NCBI GenBank assembly: GCA_963745035.1
Contig: CAVUVW010000002.1
Span: forward strand, 1-64,000
Reading direction: 5' to 3'
Origin: an uncultured delta proteobacterium
Lineage (GTDB): Bacteria > Desulfobacterota > Binatia > UBA9968
DNA length: 64,000 bases
In this document: positions 1-11,462 of the stretch, piece by piece
How the letters are laid out: every line of letters starts with the position of its first letter
How positions within the stretch are numbered: position 1 is the first letter of the stretch
Notes under the pieces: model-generated
What the model was told of the DNA's origin: nothing
Seen by the model: only the letters and a program-made list of their open reading frames with translations
Databases searched by the model: none
Position numbers and translations under genes: made by a program

Positions 1-73
1 AAAACCGCCAAGCAGATCGGCGTAACCATTCCGCCCAATGTGTTGGCGCGGGCGGACCGGTGTAATCAAATAA
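1..73 (+). CDS. 3' end of an upstream ABC_sub_bind (COG2984) paralogue, cut by the window edge
   Basis: Reads [20 protein letters not shown], the conserved family tail. Confidence 0.8.
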
Positions 74-112
74 CATTTTGGATTTTCGATTAAAACCCAA
101 GAGAACAAACCG

Positions 113-1142
113 ATGAACGCATTCCCTTCGAAGTGTCTTTCCGATAATCCAAAATCGGCAATCCAAAATCGAAAATGGTTGTGGTTTCCGGTGATCGCTT
201 TGGGGATCGTGACCTGTGGGGCTGTGGTCGAAGCACAGCAGTCGAAGAAAGTCCCGCGGTTGGTTCTTGTAAGCCAGGGTCCCGCTGAGCAAACATCACT
301 ACGAATGACAGCCCTACGAGATGGCCTTCGCGAGCTTGGCTGGATTGACGGAAAAAATATCGCAATCGAGCGGCGATCGGCAGAAGGTAAATCTGACCGT
401 GCTAGCGCTATCGCTGATGAGATGGTCCGGCTTGGAGTCGATGTTGTAGTTTGGAGCGGAGGGGTAGAAGCCGCAAAACAGATCAAGACTGTCCCTATTG
501 TTTTTGTTGGCACCTCTGATCCGGTATCGACCGGGCTCGTGAAGAGCCTCGCGCGGCCGGGCGGTAACGTCACCGGTTTGACTTCTCTTGCTCCTGACCT
601 GGCTGGCAAACGGTTGGAGCTGCTCAAAGAAACTATCCCTAAGCTCTCACGAGTAGCATTTTTATTTGACCCAGCGAACACGTCCAATGCCGTGGAAATT
701 GAGCAGTTACGCGGACCAGCTGTCAGCCTGAGAGTAGAGCTTCGTCCCGTAGAAGCGCGAACTCGTGATGACATCGAGCCAGCGTTTGTAACAATGAGCC
801 GCGAGGGCGTCGGCGCGCTCGTCACAGCGTCTGGCGCAATAAACAACACGAATCGCAAACGAATTGTTGAAATAGCTGTTAAGAACCGGCTTCCCGGCGC
901 TTATCATGAAAGCCAGTTTGTCGATGACGGCGGCCTTTTGTCCTATGGACCGAACTTAGCCGGAATGTTTCGGCGCGCGGCATACTTCGTCGATCGGATT
1001 CTGAAAGGAGCCAAGCCAGCTGATCTTCCCGTCGAGCAGCCGACCAAGTTCGAGCTGATGATCAATCTCAAAACGGCAAAGCAGATCGGACTTAGTTATT
1101 CCGCCCAATGTTTTGGCCAGAGCGGATCGAGTAATCAGATGA
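113..1142 (+). CDS. ABC substrate-binding protein, COG2984 family, copy 1 (indel near 1095)
   Basis: Signal peptide ending VEA-QQ; [37 protein letters not shown] motifs; tail [14 protein letters not shown] lies in another frame. Confidence 0.88.
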
Positions 1143-2192
1143 AAGTAGTCAGGAGTCAGTGGTCAGTAGTCAGGAAAAAAGCAGGAGCGAAATTCATCGC
1201 TGGGGGATTTCTTTTCTGGTTACTGATCACTGTCTTGCTGATTACTGTTCCTCCCGCCACGGCGCAGCAGCCGAAGAAAGTCGCGCGGATTAGGGTATCT
1301 ATCAACAACCGACCCAGCTACTGACTCCGCCCGCGCCGAGGGAATTCGGCTAGCTCTGCGCGAGCTTGGCTACATAGAAGGACAGAACATCGCCATCGAG
1401 TACCGATATGCGGAGGGGAGGCCCGATCGGGAGCCTGGGCTTGCGGCGGAGCTGGTGCGTCTGAAGGTTGATATCATCGTGGTAGCAGCAGGGGACGTGA
1501 CGATCCAGGCGGCCAAGAATGCAACCAAGACGATTCCCATCGTTATGACGGGCCAAGGATCCGATCCTGTTAGGGCAGGCCATGTTGAAAGCCTTGCTCG
1601 TCCCGGCGGCAACGTCACCGGCCTCACAGCCCTTACCAGAGAACTAGGCGGGAAGCGGCTGGAGCTGCTCAAAGAAGCGGTACCCAAACTTGCCCGTGTC
1701 GCGGTTCTCTACGATCCGGCCAATCCGCCCAGTTTACACGAGGTGAAAGAGCTTCTCCCAGCCGACGCGCGTGCGCTAAAGTTGACTATTCAACCTTGGG
1801 AGATACGAGCGGTGGACGACTTCGAGAAGGTCTTTGCTGCGCTAAACAAGCAGCGCCCGGATGGACTCTACGCGTTGGGCGCGGGCGGGTTAATGCGTCC
1901 TAACCGGAAACGGATCGCGGGTTTTGCATTAAAGAGCCGGCTACCGTCGGTGGTGGGCAGCAGAGAATCTGTAGAGGCCGGTGGACTCATGTCCTATCGG
2001 GCGGACGAAACGGACAGTTACCGGCGCGTCGCTATCTACGTGGACAAAATCCTGAAGGGAGCCAAGCCTGCGGATCTTCCCGTCGAGCAGCCGAGCAAGT
2101 TCGAGTTCGTAATCAATCTGAGAACGGCGAAACAGATCGGATTAACCATTCCACCCAATGTTTTGGCCAGAGCCGATAAGGTGATCCGATGA
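1139..2192 (+). CDS. COG2984 SBP copy 2 (indel near 1290)
   Basis: ATGA overlap with copy 1; MKVVRSQWSVV leader; continues into ORF 1455-2192 with all family motifs. Confidence 0.85.
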
Positions 2193-3282
2193 CAGAGGTT
2201 AGACAACAGAGGGCAGCGGTCAGAAAGCAGAGGGCAAGAGTTAGCCGCCCGGATGCAAAGTGCTTTCTCAGCGCCCTCTGTGCCTCCGCGGTGAATCCGA
2301 TCTTTGACCTCCGACTTCTGATCTCTGTTCTATGCGTTTTGCTCTTTGCGCTGTGCGCTTCCGCGGATGCGCAGCAGCAGGCGAAGTTGCCTAAGATAGG
2401 CTGGCTTGCAGTTCGGCCGGCGTCCGCGGCTTTCGCGATCGAGTCGTTCCAGCGAGAATTCAGTAAACTTGGCTATATCGACGGAAAGAACATCGCTTTC
2501 GAATATCGATATGCGGAGGGTAAGCTTGACCGGCTCCCGGCCTTGGCCGATGAGTTGGTCCGTCTCAAAGTTGACTTGATCATCGCGCCCAATACCCCCG
2601 CCGCCGTTGCCGCCAAGAACGCTACCAAAACTATTCCGATCGTTTTCATCGACGTTACCGATCCGATCGCCGCGGGGCTGGTCGATAGCCTGCCACGGCC
2701 GGGCGGGAACATCACGGGGTTACTACCATTGGTTCGGTATTGGCCGGCAAACGTCTCGAGTTGCTCAAGGAAACTATTCCCAATCTTTCCCGTGTTGCCG
2801 TGCTGTGGAATCCGCAGGATTCAAGCTCGGCGCAGAGTTGGAAAGAAAGCCAACTGCCGGCGAGAGAACTCGGCCTGCAACTTCATTCCATGGAAGTAAG
2901 CAGCGCCGACAAATATGAGGCTGCGTTCAAGGAAGCAACCAAAGCGCGCAGCGGCGCTCTCGTCTGGATGTCGAGCCCGTTGGGCTCTGCTAATCAAAGA
3001 TTGACCGTTGACCTGGCGGAAAAATATCGGCTGCCTGCAATGTACGCTCGGCGAGCTGTTGTCGAGGATGGCGGCCTGATGTCCTACGGAATCGACCTGG
3101 AGGAACCCTTCAGACGAGCCGCGGTTTTCGTCGACAAGATTCTCAAAGGAACGAAACCCGCGGACATTCCAGTCGAGCAGCCGACGAAATTTGAGCTGGT
3201 GATCAATCTGAAAACCGCCAAGCAGCTCGGCTTGACGATTCCGCCGAATGTTCTGACGCGAGCGGACAAGGTGATCAGATGA
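2189..3282 (+). CDS. COG2984 SBP copy 3 (indel near 2720)
   Basis: ORFs 2189-2899 and 2740-3282 join into one family member. Confidence 0.87.
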
Positions 3283-4295
3283 ATGTAGGCATCAGGCTCG
3301 AGGCAACAGGCAACAGCGGAAACGTCAAAATCTTTGGCGCCATTCTCAGTGCCCTGCTGCTTGCCGTTTGTTCGTCGGCTCAGGGGCAGCCGCTCACAAA
3401 CATTCCCCGCATCGGCGCGCTGCATCTAGGTACGCCCCAGGCCGCGAGCGTTCCCATCGAAGCTTTTCAGCGCGGCTTGCGCGAGCTTGGTTATGTCGAG
3501 GGCAAAAACATTGTCGTCGAGTATCGCTACGCCGATGGCAAGGACGAAAGATATGGCTCTTTGGCGGCCGAACTTGTCGCCTTGAAACCGGCGGTGATTG
3601 TCGCCTGGGGCACGGATGTCACCGCGGCGGTAAAGAAAACCACGACGACGATTCCCGTCGTTTTCGCTCTCGCTGATCGGCCCGACGTTCTGGGGCTTGT
3701 CAGCAGTCTCGCCCGGCCCGGTGCCAACATCACCGGGCTCACCACACTCAATTTCGAGCTGAGCACCAAACGCTTGGAGTTGCTGAAGGAAACGATCCCC
3801 AATTTGACCCGCGTGGCCGTGTTGGGATTGCACCATCCCCTAGTCCCCATCACGGTCAAGGAAACCGAGGTCACAGCGCGATCGCTGGGCATCCAGCTTC
3901 AGGCAATCGAGCTCAAGGATCCACGTGATCTCGACGGCGTATTCACGCGTTTCGGCAAGGACTCGCCTGCAGCGCTACTGCTGTTGCCGGGCCGTGAAGT
4001 TGTTTATGGACCGCGCACAGTTTCCCTTGCGCTCAATCATCGTCTAGCCACTATCGGCGGCCAAACGGTGCTCACCGATAACGGCGGGCTCATGGTTTAT
4101 GGGCCGCGCACCACCGATATGTCGTTTCGTGCGGCGACCTACGTGGACAAGATCCTCAAGGGAACCAAACCGGGAGATCTGCCGGTGGAACAGCCAACGA
4201 AGTTTGACTTCGTCATCAATTTGAAAACCGCCAAGCAGATCGGCCTCACGATTCCGCCCAACGTGCTGGCGCGGGCGGATCGAGTAATCAAATGA
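3279..4295 (+). CDS. COG2984 SBP copy 4
   Basis: Intact 338 aa ORF with signal peptide and family motifs. Confidence 0.92.
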   Translation: MNVGIRLEATGNSGNVKIFGAILSALLLAVCSSAQGQPLTNIPRIGALHLGTPQAASVPIEAFQRGLRELGYVEGKNIVVEYRYADGKDERYGSLAAELVALKPAVIVAWGTDVTAAVKKTTTTIPVVFALADRPDVLGLVSSLARPGANITGLTTLNFELSTKRLELLKETIPNLTRVAVLGLHHPLVPITVKETEVTARSLGIQLQAIELKDPRDLDGVFTRFGKDSPAALLLLPGREVVYGPRTVSLALNHRLATIGGQTVLTDNGGLMVYGPRTTDMSFRAATYVDKILKGTKPGDLPVEQPTKFDFVINLKTAKQIGLTIPPNVLARADRVIK

Positions 4296-5344
4296 GACAA
4301 CGGAGTGCTGGAGTAGTGGAGTCATGGAGTGTTGGTAATGTTCGCGGGAGGTTTTTGACCACGAAAAAAACCGTATTCACTCTTGCTCTCTGCGGTATGT
4401 TTTTTGCCCTCAACCCATCTTCCGATGCACAGCAGCCGAAGAGAGTTCCGCGAATAGGATTCGTCAACACCGAGGGAAGTCCCCAAGCTCCCGGGCCTCA
4501 ATTTGTGGCGTTCCGCCATGGACTGCGGGACCTCGGTTATATCGAGGGTGAAAATATCATTATTGACCTTCGCTACCCCCAGGAAAACACGGAGCGTACC
4601 ACCAGCCTTGTAAATGAGCTTGTGCAGCTTAGGGTGGATCTCCTCGTCCTTGGGGCTCAACCGGCGATCCTCGCAGCGAAGCAGGCCACCAAGACGATTC
4701 CCATTGTCATCGTCACGACCCAGAATCCAGTCGCGGCTGGTTTTGTCGACAGCCTGGCGCGGCCCGGTGGCAATATCACCGGCGTCACCAGACTTACCCG
4801 TGAGTTGGCCGGGAAACGGCTCGAGTTGCTCAAGGAGGTGCTCCCGGATACAGCGCGGGTCGGCGCGCTTGTGAACGAGACACAGACGGTAAGTGATTTT
4901 ACACCGTATGAGGCTCCGGCACGCGCATTGAAGATACAGCTTCAACTGCTCAAGGTACGAGAGCCAAACCCCGATTTCGAAGCGGCATTACAAGCTGCAG
5001 CGAAGTGGCGCGCCACCGCGCTCATCACAGTCAGCGGTTCGCTTTTCAATCGCCATATAAGGCGTTTCGCCGACCTGGCCATAAAACACCGTCTACCGTC
5101 CATGCACGAGAGGATTCGGTACGTCGAAGAAGGCGGTTTTATCTCCTATTCGGCCAATGACGCCGCCAATTACCGCCGAGCCGCCACATATGTCGATAAG
5201 ATCCTAAAGGGCGCGAAACCTGCGGAGCTGCCTGTCGAGCAGCCGACGGATTTCGATCTAGCGATCAATCTCAAAACCGCAAAACAGATCGGTTTAACCA
5301 TTCCGCCGAATGTTTTGGCCAGAGCAGATCGGGTGATTCGGTAG
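4292..5344 (+). CDS. COG2984 SBP copy 5
   Basis: Intact ORF with family motifs. Confidence 0.92.
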   Translation: MRQRSAGVVESWSVGNVRGRFLTTKKTVFTLALCGMFFALNPSSDAQQPKRVPRIGFVNTEGSPQAPGPQFVAFRHGLRDLGYIEGENIIIDLRYPQENTERTTSLVNELVQLRVDLLVLGAQPAILAAKQATKTIPIVIVTTQNPVAAGFVDSLARPGGNITGVTRLTRELAGKRLELLKEVLPDTARVGALVNETQTVSDFTPYEAPARALKIQLQLLKVREPNPDFEAALQAAAKWRATALITVSGSLFNRHIRRFADLAIKHRLPSMHERIRYVEEGGFISYSANDAANYRRAATYVDKILKGAKPAELPVEQPTDFDLAINLKTAKQIGLTIPPNVLARADRVIR

Positions 5345-5373
5345 AACGTGGGTGGTTAGACGCGCGAGGTCTT

Positions 5374-5778
5374 TTAGCGGTCCCTGGTCAGATCAATGAT
5401 GCCTTTGCGGAACCGGATGGTGAGCTTGAAGTGCTTGAGAAAATTGATTCCTAGAAGACCGTCGACCCCACTCTCCGGCGGCAGGTCGTGGCACAGGACC
5501 TCTAGATTGTCGACCTTTTGTCCTATTGCCATGGCGGAACGCACCGTTGTACATGGGGCGTACTCAACGCCGCTGCCAGTGATAATACGTTGGCGGCCCA
5601 ACCCGGGGTTTGCCGGGTCATAGCCGAGACGCGCCATTATGTCGACGGCCACGATCGTTATGCTAGCTCCAGTGTCTAGGATCACAGGAATCAAGAAAGT
5701 CGATCTGTCGTCGGCAGATTCGAGCAGAAGGTCAACCACAATCGATGAAGCAGAAGGATCATAAACCACTCGGGGCAT
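5374..5778 (-). CDS. Retropepsin-like (clan AA) aspartyl protease
   Basis: ILDTGAS catalytic motif and C-terminal GLLGINFL motif. Confidence 0.85.
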   Translation of the reverse strand: MPRVVYDPSASSIVVDLLLESADDRSTFLIPVILDTGASITIVAVDIMARLGYDPANPGLGRQRIITGSGVEYAPCTTVRSAMAIGQKVDNLEVLCHDLPPESGVDGLLGINFLKHFKLTIRFRKGIIDLTRDR

Positions 5779-6008
5779 TAAAAAATAACCCCGGTATCAG
5801 GAGGGAGGCTGCCGGTGAAATGAATACAAAGATTTCCGGAATGTTTTTTAAGGGCGCGATGAATTTCTTCGCGGTCCTTGCTGTGGGCTAGCACGCGTCC
5901 CTTGCGAAGAGATGTGGCAGCATCCAATTGAAAATCTTCGAGGAGAAGCCACTGATCGGGGTATTTGGCTTTGATTTTTTCTTTACTGAGTAACGGGTTC
6001 TTGGTCAT
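5778..6008 (-). CDS. Small DUF5678-like partner protein (TA-like pair with the protease)
   Basis: KYPDQWLL...[12 protein letters not shown] pattern; TAATG stop/start coupling to the protease. Confidence 0.65.
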   Translation of the reverse strand: MTKNPLLSKEKIKAKYPDQWLLLEDFQLDAATSLRKGRVLAHSKDREEIHRALKKHSGNLCIHFTGSLPPDTGVIF

Positions 6009-6093
6009 GAAGATGGTCTCCTACAACAGGCACGCCATCTCCTCTTCGCGCGGGACACGGAGTACGGATGGCATGGATCAAATTATAGCCCTT

Positions 6094-6212
6094 GAGCTAT
6101 CGGTAGAACAACCGACCACATTTGAGCTGGTGATTAATTTGAAAGCGGCGAAGCAGCTCGGACTGACGATTCCGCCGAATGTGCTGGCGAGGCGGATCGG
6201 GTGATTCGATGA
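6094..6212 (+). pseudogene. Orphan 3' tail of a COG2984 gene
   Basis: [33 protein letters not shown] with no upstream gene body; its stop overlaps the ATG of copy 6. Confidence 0.85.
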
Positions 6213-7228
6213 AAACAGGAATCAGGCACAAGGCAACAGGCAACAGTAAGAGAGTCCAGATCGCTGAACTCCTGCTCTTCGCTCTGGTCCTGGGCCTCTT
6301 CGGTTCCACGGACGCGCAGCCGCAGGCTAAAATACCGATGATCGGTTGGCTCGATGCTCGTCCCCCTTCGGTCGGCGGTGGTCGCGAGTTATTCGCGCGC
6401 GAATTCCGTGCACTTGGTTACGTCGAAGGCAAGAACATTGCGTTCGAGTTTCGCAGTGCTGACAACAAGCTCGATCGCCTCCCAGCCTTGGCCGATGAGT
6501 TGGTCGGTCTCAAAGTCGACGTGCTCTTCACGCCTGCAGGTGACGAGGCTCTCACCGCAAAGAAGGCGACCAAAACAATCCCAATTGTTTTTGCGGGCGT
6601 TGCTGATCCTGTTGCGATTGGCTTAGTCGACAGCCTGGCGCGCCCGGGAGGAAACGTCACTGGGTTTTCTACAATTGCGCCGGTGCTGGCGGGCAAGCGC
6701 CTGGAGTTACTCAAGGAAACTATCCCTCGGCTTTCTCGCGTCGCGGTATTGTGGGACCCAAAATCAAGCGCGTCCGCACAATCCTGGAAAGAAAGCCAAC
6801 TCGCCGCGCGGGAACTCGGGCTGCACCTTTATTCCACGGAAGTCAGCAGCGCGGATAGATTCGATGGCGCATTCCAAGAAGCAATCAAGGCCGGTAGCGT
6901 CGCCCTAACCGTAATTGCGAGCCCGTTAGTGAATACCAATCAAAAACGGATCGCCGACTTGGCTCTCAAACACCGGCTGCCGGCGATCTACTCGCGGGAA
7001 GATTTTGCCGACAGCGGCGGCTTGATGTCCTACGGACCCGACCGCACCGAACCTTACCGGCGCGCGGCGGTTTATGTGGACAAGATCCTCAAAGGCACCA
7101 AGCCCGCTGAGCTGCCGGTCGAGCAGCCAGCAAAATTCGAGTTCATCATCAACCTAAAGGCGGCGAAGCAGATCGGTCTGACGATTCCACCGAACGTGCT
7201 GGCCAGAGCGGATCGGGTAATCAGATGA
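6209..7228 (+). CDS. COG2984 SBP copy 6
   Basis: ORF from MKTGIRHKATGN with family motifs. Confidence 0.92.
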   Translation: MKTGIRHKATGNSKRVQIAELLLFALVLGLFGSTDAQPQAKIPMIGWLDARPPSVGGGRELFAREFRALGYVEGKNIAFEFRSADNKLDRLPALADELVGLKVDVLFTPAGDEALTAKKATKTIPIVFAGVADPVAIGLVDSLARPGGNVTGFSTIAPVLAGKRLELLKETIPRLSRVAVLWDPKSSASAQSWKESQLAARELGLHLYSTEVSSADRFDGAFQEAIKAGSVALTVIASPLVNTNQKRIADLALKHRLPAIYSREDFADSGGLMSYGPDRTEPYRRAAVYVDKILKGTKPAELPVEQPAKFEFIINLKAAKQIGLTIPPNVLARADRVIR

Positions 7229-7425
7229 TCGAACAATCGAAAACCTGTGCTGAGCTATGTCGAAGCATCGAAAATCCGAAAATGGCGAGGCGATTCGGCG
7301 AGCGGGGCTGGCAAGGGCGGACAAGATGATTCGGTGAACACTAAAGGCGGCGGAGACTTAAAACTGTCGTTTCATGACGGGGTACGACGGAGTTGGAACA
7401 TGACCTCAATCGTTTGTGTTTTGCG

Positions 7426-7632
7426 CTATGGCGACACCTGGTATTTGACTGGTAAAAGGTCAGCAAGATTCAAATGTTTTGACGCGTCCAAGATCTCGAT
7501 ACCAATGATTCGGTTGTCAGCGCCGATGTCCAAGACTACGTCCTCCGTTGAGCGCCTATTGATGACTTCCTGCTTGCGTTCGTCCAAGCGAATATATACC
7601 AGGTCGGCCTTTGAGTTATACCGAATCTCCAT
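7426..7632 (-). CDS. DUF2283-like putative antitoxin
   Basis: MEIRYNSKADLVYIRL...LDIGADNRIIGIEILDAS pattern. Confidence 0.8.
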   Translation of the reverse strand: MEIRYNSKADLVYIRLDERKQEVINRRSTEDVVLDIGADNRIIGIEILDASKHLNLADLLPVKYQVSP

Positions 7633-7897
7633 CGTCGATCTCCCATTTCCCGTAAAAGACCTAAACAGTGACGGTAACTGTAGCATCCCCATCAATAGCG
7701 TAAAAGACTTCGATCTTTTTCTTTTCGTAGAATCTCCCCAAACGAGTCTGGTTGAAGCCATAGATTTTACTCTTGCCCAAACGGCCGTATTTCGCGGGTA
7801 TCGGACGTCCGCTGTTGATGACCTCGGTGATCTCGTCCGAACTTGCGCCTCTTTCTACCGCGCGCTCAAGAGTATGAGAATCAATCCGAATGACCAT
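7616..7897 (-). CDS. DUF4258-like (RelE/BrnT-type) putative toxin with in-frame TAG at 7661-7663
   Basis: HTLERAVERGAS N-terminus; VTVTV*VFYGKWE C-terminus; directly upstream of the DUF2283-like gene. Confidence 0.7.
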
Positions 7898-8068
7898 TAT
7901 CGCGGGGTTAGGTTAGCTGTTCATGTGAACGCCGCTTAAGAAACAAGAGTACCTTGAATTGGTTATCCGTACAAAGAAAACAAAACTTATGCAAAGTGCG
8001 CCTGCTTTCTGGTTATTAACAGCATTTTCGATTTTCGATTTTCGATTAAAACCCAAGAGAACAAACCG

Positions 8069-9151
8069 ATGAACGTATTCCCTTCGAAGTCTCTTTCCGA
8101 CAATCCAAAACCTGTCCCTTCGATAAACTCAGGGCAGGCTCTGAGGCATGCCGAAGGATCGGCAATCCAAAATCGAAAATGGTTGTGTCTTTCGATGATC
8201 GCTTTGGGAATCGTGATCTGCGGGGCTGTCGCTCAGGCGCAGCAGCCGAAGAAAGTCGCGCGCATCGGCGTGCTCCTTTCCGGCTCACGGAGTCCCATCT
8301 GGGGGAGCCGTTCAAAAAGCGCTGCGCGAGCTTGGTTACATCGAGGGACAAAACATCGTCATCGAATATCGTAACGCTGACGGAAGAACCGACCGCCAGA
8401 CCCGGGCTGGCGAAGGAACTGGTTGCCATGAAAGTAGACGTGTTAGTCGCGGGCGGCGGCAATGATGTGACGACAGGCTCTGATGCGAGCAACGAAGTCG
8501 ATCCCCATCGTAATGACGGCAGGAAGCAATCCCGTTGAGCGAGGAATAATATCCAGCCTTGCCCGTCCGGGAGGCAATGTCACAGGTATAACAGCGAATT
8601 GGGATGATCTCAAGCGGAAAACGGTTGGAGTTGCTGAAGGAAACCATTCCCAAGACTTTCACGGATAGCGGTGCTGTGGAACTCCAGCGGCGGACGCGAG
8701 TACGCAATGGAAAGCGAGCCAAGCCGCTGCGAAACAGATGAATCTGCAACTCCATTCCATGCAAATACGGACCGGTGATGATTTGGAAACGCATTCAAAG
8801 CAGCCGTCAAGGCGCGTAGCGGAGCGGTGGCCGTAACTCAGAGTCCGGGGTGGGAGTTCCAATACAACAGCGTCATCCAGCTCGCCACAAAACATCGACT
8901 GCCCGCAATCTATGCCGCTCCTGAAGTATGCAGAAGCCGGCGGGCTGATGTCCTACGGCGGAAGCCGCAGCGACCTCGCCCGCCGCGCCGCGGTCTATGT
9001 CGATAAAATTCTAAAAGGCAGCAAGCCCGCCGATCTGCCGGTGGAACAGCCGACGAAATTCGAGTTGGTGATCAATCTTAAAACGGCCAAGCAGATCGGA
9101 CTTGTTGTTCCGCCCAACGTTTTAGCCAGAGCCGATAAGGTGATGCGATGA
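8069..9151 (+). CDS. COG2984 SBP copy 7 (several indels)
   Basis: Fragments 8069-8374, 8179-8538, 8483-8668, 8912-9151 give a colinear family sequence. Confidence 0.8.
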
Positions 9152-9230
9152 GCACAGGCAACAGGCAGAGGCAGGCAGTCATCAGGGGCAAGGAGCTAGC
9201 GCCTTCTGCTTCGCTCTCTGCGCCTCCGCG

Positions 9231-10214
9231 GTGAATCCGATCTTTGACCTCCGACTTCTGATCTCTGCTTTCTGCGCTCTGCTCTTGGCGCTTTGTTCAT
9301 TCGCCGAAGCGCAGCAATCCAAAGTTCCTCGGATCGGAGGGATATTCAACGATCGTGGAAAACTCACGGACTCCTTCCGTCAAGGATTGCGAGACCTCGG
9401 CTATGTCGAAGGACAGAACCTCCTTGTCGAATATCGCTACATAGAAGGAGACAGGGACCGCATCCCCGGCCTCGTCAACGAACTCTTACAACTCAAAGTC
9501 GATCTCCTCGTCGCCACCTCGCCGCCGACGATCCGCGCCGCCAAACAAGCAACAAAGGCGATTCCTATCGTCATGGTGACGCCTCAGGATCCGGTCGCCA
9601 CCGGCATAGTCGACAGTTTTGCGCGCCCGGGTGGAAACATCACGGGGTTGACTACGCTGACGCGACAGCTGAGTGGAAAAAGTTTGGAGTTGCTCAACGA
9701 GGTGATTCCGACGCTGTCGCGGGTCGGAATTCTCGCGGTAGAGGGTCCGACCGTGCCGGGTAACGCGTTACGCGTATACGAGGCCACAGCCCGCGACCTA
9801 AAGATCGCCGTGCATCCCCTACCGGTAAGCAGTCCGAAGCCCGATATCGATGGCGCATTTCGAGATGCGGTGAAGAATCGCGTCAACGCGCTTATCACCG
9901 CTAGAAACAACGTCCTTGCACCCCACACTAAAAAGATCGCCGAGCTCGCCATAAAACACCGGCTGCCTTCAACCCTGGAACGAGCTGATTACGCAGATGC
10001 GGGAGGCCTTATGTCGTACGGATCCAACGATGCCGAGGGCTTTAGGCGCGCGGCGTGGTACGTCGATAGGATTTTAAAGGGCACAAAGCCCGCCGACCTG
10101 CCCATCGAGCAGCCGACCAAGTTCGAGTTGGTATTCAATTTAAAAACGGCCAAACAGATCGGCTTGACGATTCCTCCCAATGTATTGGCGAGAGCAGATC
10201 GAGTCATCAGATGA
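9231..10214 (+). CDS. COG2984 SBP copy 8
   Basis: Intact mature domain; start may be the coupled ATG at 9148 with one indel. Confidence 0.9.
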   Translation: MNPIFDLRLLISAFCALLLALCSFAEAQQSKVPRIGGIFNDRGKLTDSFRQGLRDLGYVEGQNLLVEYRYIEGDRDRIPGLVNELLQLKVDLLVATSPPTIRAAKQATKAIPIVMVTPQDPVATGIVDSFARPGGNITGLTTLTRQLSGKSLELLNEVIPTLSRVGILAVEGPTVPGNALRVYEATARDLKIAVHPLPVSSPKPDIDGAFRDAVKNRVNALITARNNVLAPHTKKIAELAIKHRLPSTLERADYADAGGLMSYGSNDAEGFRRAAWYVDRILKGTKPADLPIEQPTKFELVFNLKTAKQIGLTIPPNVLARADRVIR

Positions 10215-10260
10215 CATTTTAGATTTTCGATTGCCGATTTTCGATTACGGAGAAAAACAA

Positions 10261-11376
10261 ATGCAACGGCAGTTCCGCATTCAGTTTGGGGTTTCTCTTT
10301 CCGACAATCTAAAATCCAAAACCTGTCCCTTCGATAAACTCAGGGCAGGCTCTGAGCCATTTCGAAGGGTCAAAAATCCAAAATGGGTTGGGATTATCGC
10401 TCTCGGTATCACACTTACACTATGTGGGGCTGTGGCCCAGGCGCAGCAGACGGGTGCAAAGGTCCCGCGGATCGGGTATCTCACAAGCTTTGGCTCCCCC
10501 ACCTCTTCCCCTGTACAACGTCAACTCGGCGCATTTCGAAATGGTTTAAAGGACCTGGGTTATGTTGAGGGGAAAAACATTCTACTCGAATATAGACATC
10601 CCACCGACAACCCTGACCAAGGCCCGGATCTGGCTGCCGAGCTCGTACGCTTGAAAGTCGACGTTCTTATTGCCCAAGATCCCTCGGCAGTTCGCGCCGC
10701 CAAGCAGGCAACCAAGACGATCCCGATTGTGATGATTACCAACCAAGATCCCGTTGCGGCCGGCTTGGTGGATAGTCTGGCGCGCCCCGGCGGAAACATC
10801 ACCGGTCTTACGCGGCTCACTCGAGAGCTGAGCGGGAAGCGGTTGGAAATTCTAAAGGAGGCGGTCCCGTCGGTATCGCGCGTTGGCGTCCTCCGGGTAC
10901 GGCCGACCGCGCTAGGGACTGGGAATTCTTTTAAAAATTATCAGGGGGCCGCCGATGTCTTGAAGATTCAGCTCATATCGCTGCAGGTACAACGGCCGAA
11001 CCCCGACGTGGACGGCGCCTTTCAAACCGCTACGAAGGAGCGAGTGACAGCGCTCGTTACAGTGAGCAATGCTGTGCTTTCGCAGCATATGAAAAAGATT
11101 GCCGAACTCGCCGTCAAGAGCCGTTTGCCATCGATGTGCGAAGCGATTCGCTATGTCGATGCCGGCTGTCTCATGTCCTACGCGACGGACGATCTCGAGA
11201 GTTTCGAGCGCGCGGCCGTTTACGTCGACAAGATTCTCAAGGGAGCAAAGCCCGCCGATCTTCCCGTCGAACAGCCCACGAAATTCGAGCTGGTGATCAA
11301 TCTGAAAACGGCCAAGCAGATCGGATTATCCATTCCGCCCAATACATTGGCTAGAGCAGATAAAGTAATCCGATGA
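10261..11376 (+). CDS. COG2984 SBP copy 9
   Basis: GGAG RBS, long repeat-derived leader, family motifs. Confidence 0.9.
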   Translation: MQRQFRIQFGVSLSDNLKSKTCPFDKLRAGSEPFRRVKNPKWVGIIALGITLTLCGAVAQAQQTGAKVPRIGYLTSFGSPTSSPVQRQLGAFRNGLKDLGYVEGKNILLEYRHPTDNPDQGPDLAAELVRLKVDVLIAQDPSAVRAAKQATKTIPIVMITNQDPVAAGLVDSLARPGGNITGLTRLTRELSGKRLEILKEAVPSVSRVGVLRVRPTALGTGNSFKNYQGAADVLKIQLISLQVQRPNPDVDGAFQTATKERVTALVTVSNAVLSQHMKKIAELAVKSRLPSMCEAIRYVDAGCLMSYATDDLESFERAAVYVDKILKGAKPADLPVEQPTKFELVINLKTAKQIGLSIPPNTLARADKVIR

Positions 11377-11462
11377 TCCCACAATCTAAAATCGAAAATC
11401 CAAAATCTAAAATCGTGTGGATTCCACCGAATGTGCTGGCGCAGAGCAGATCGAGTGATTCG

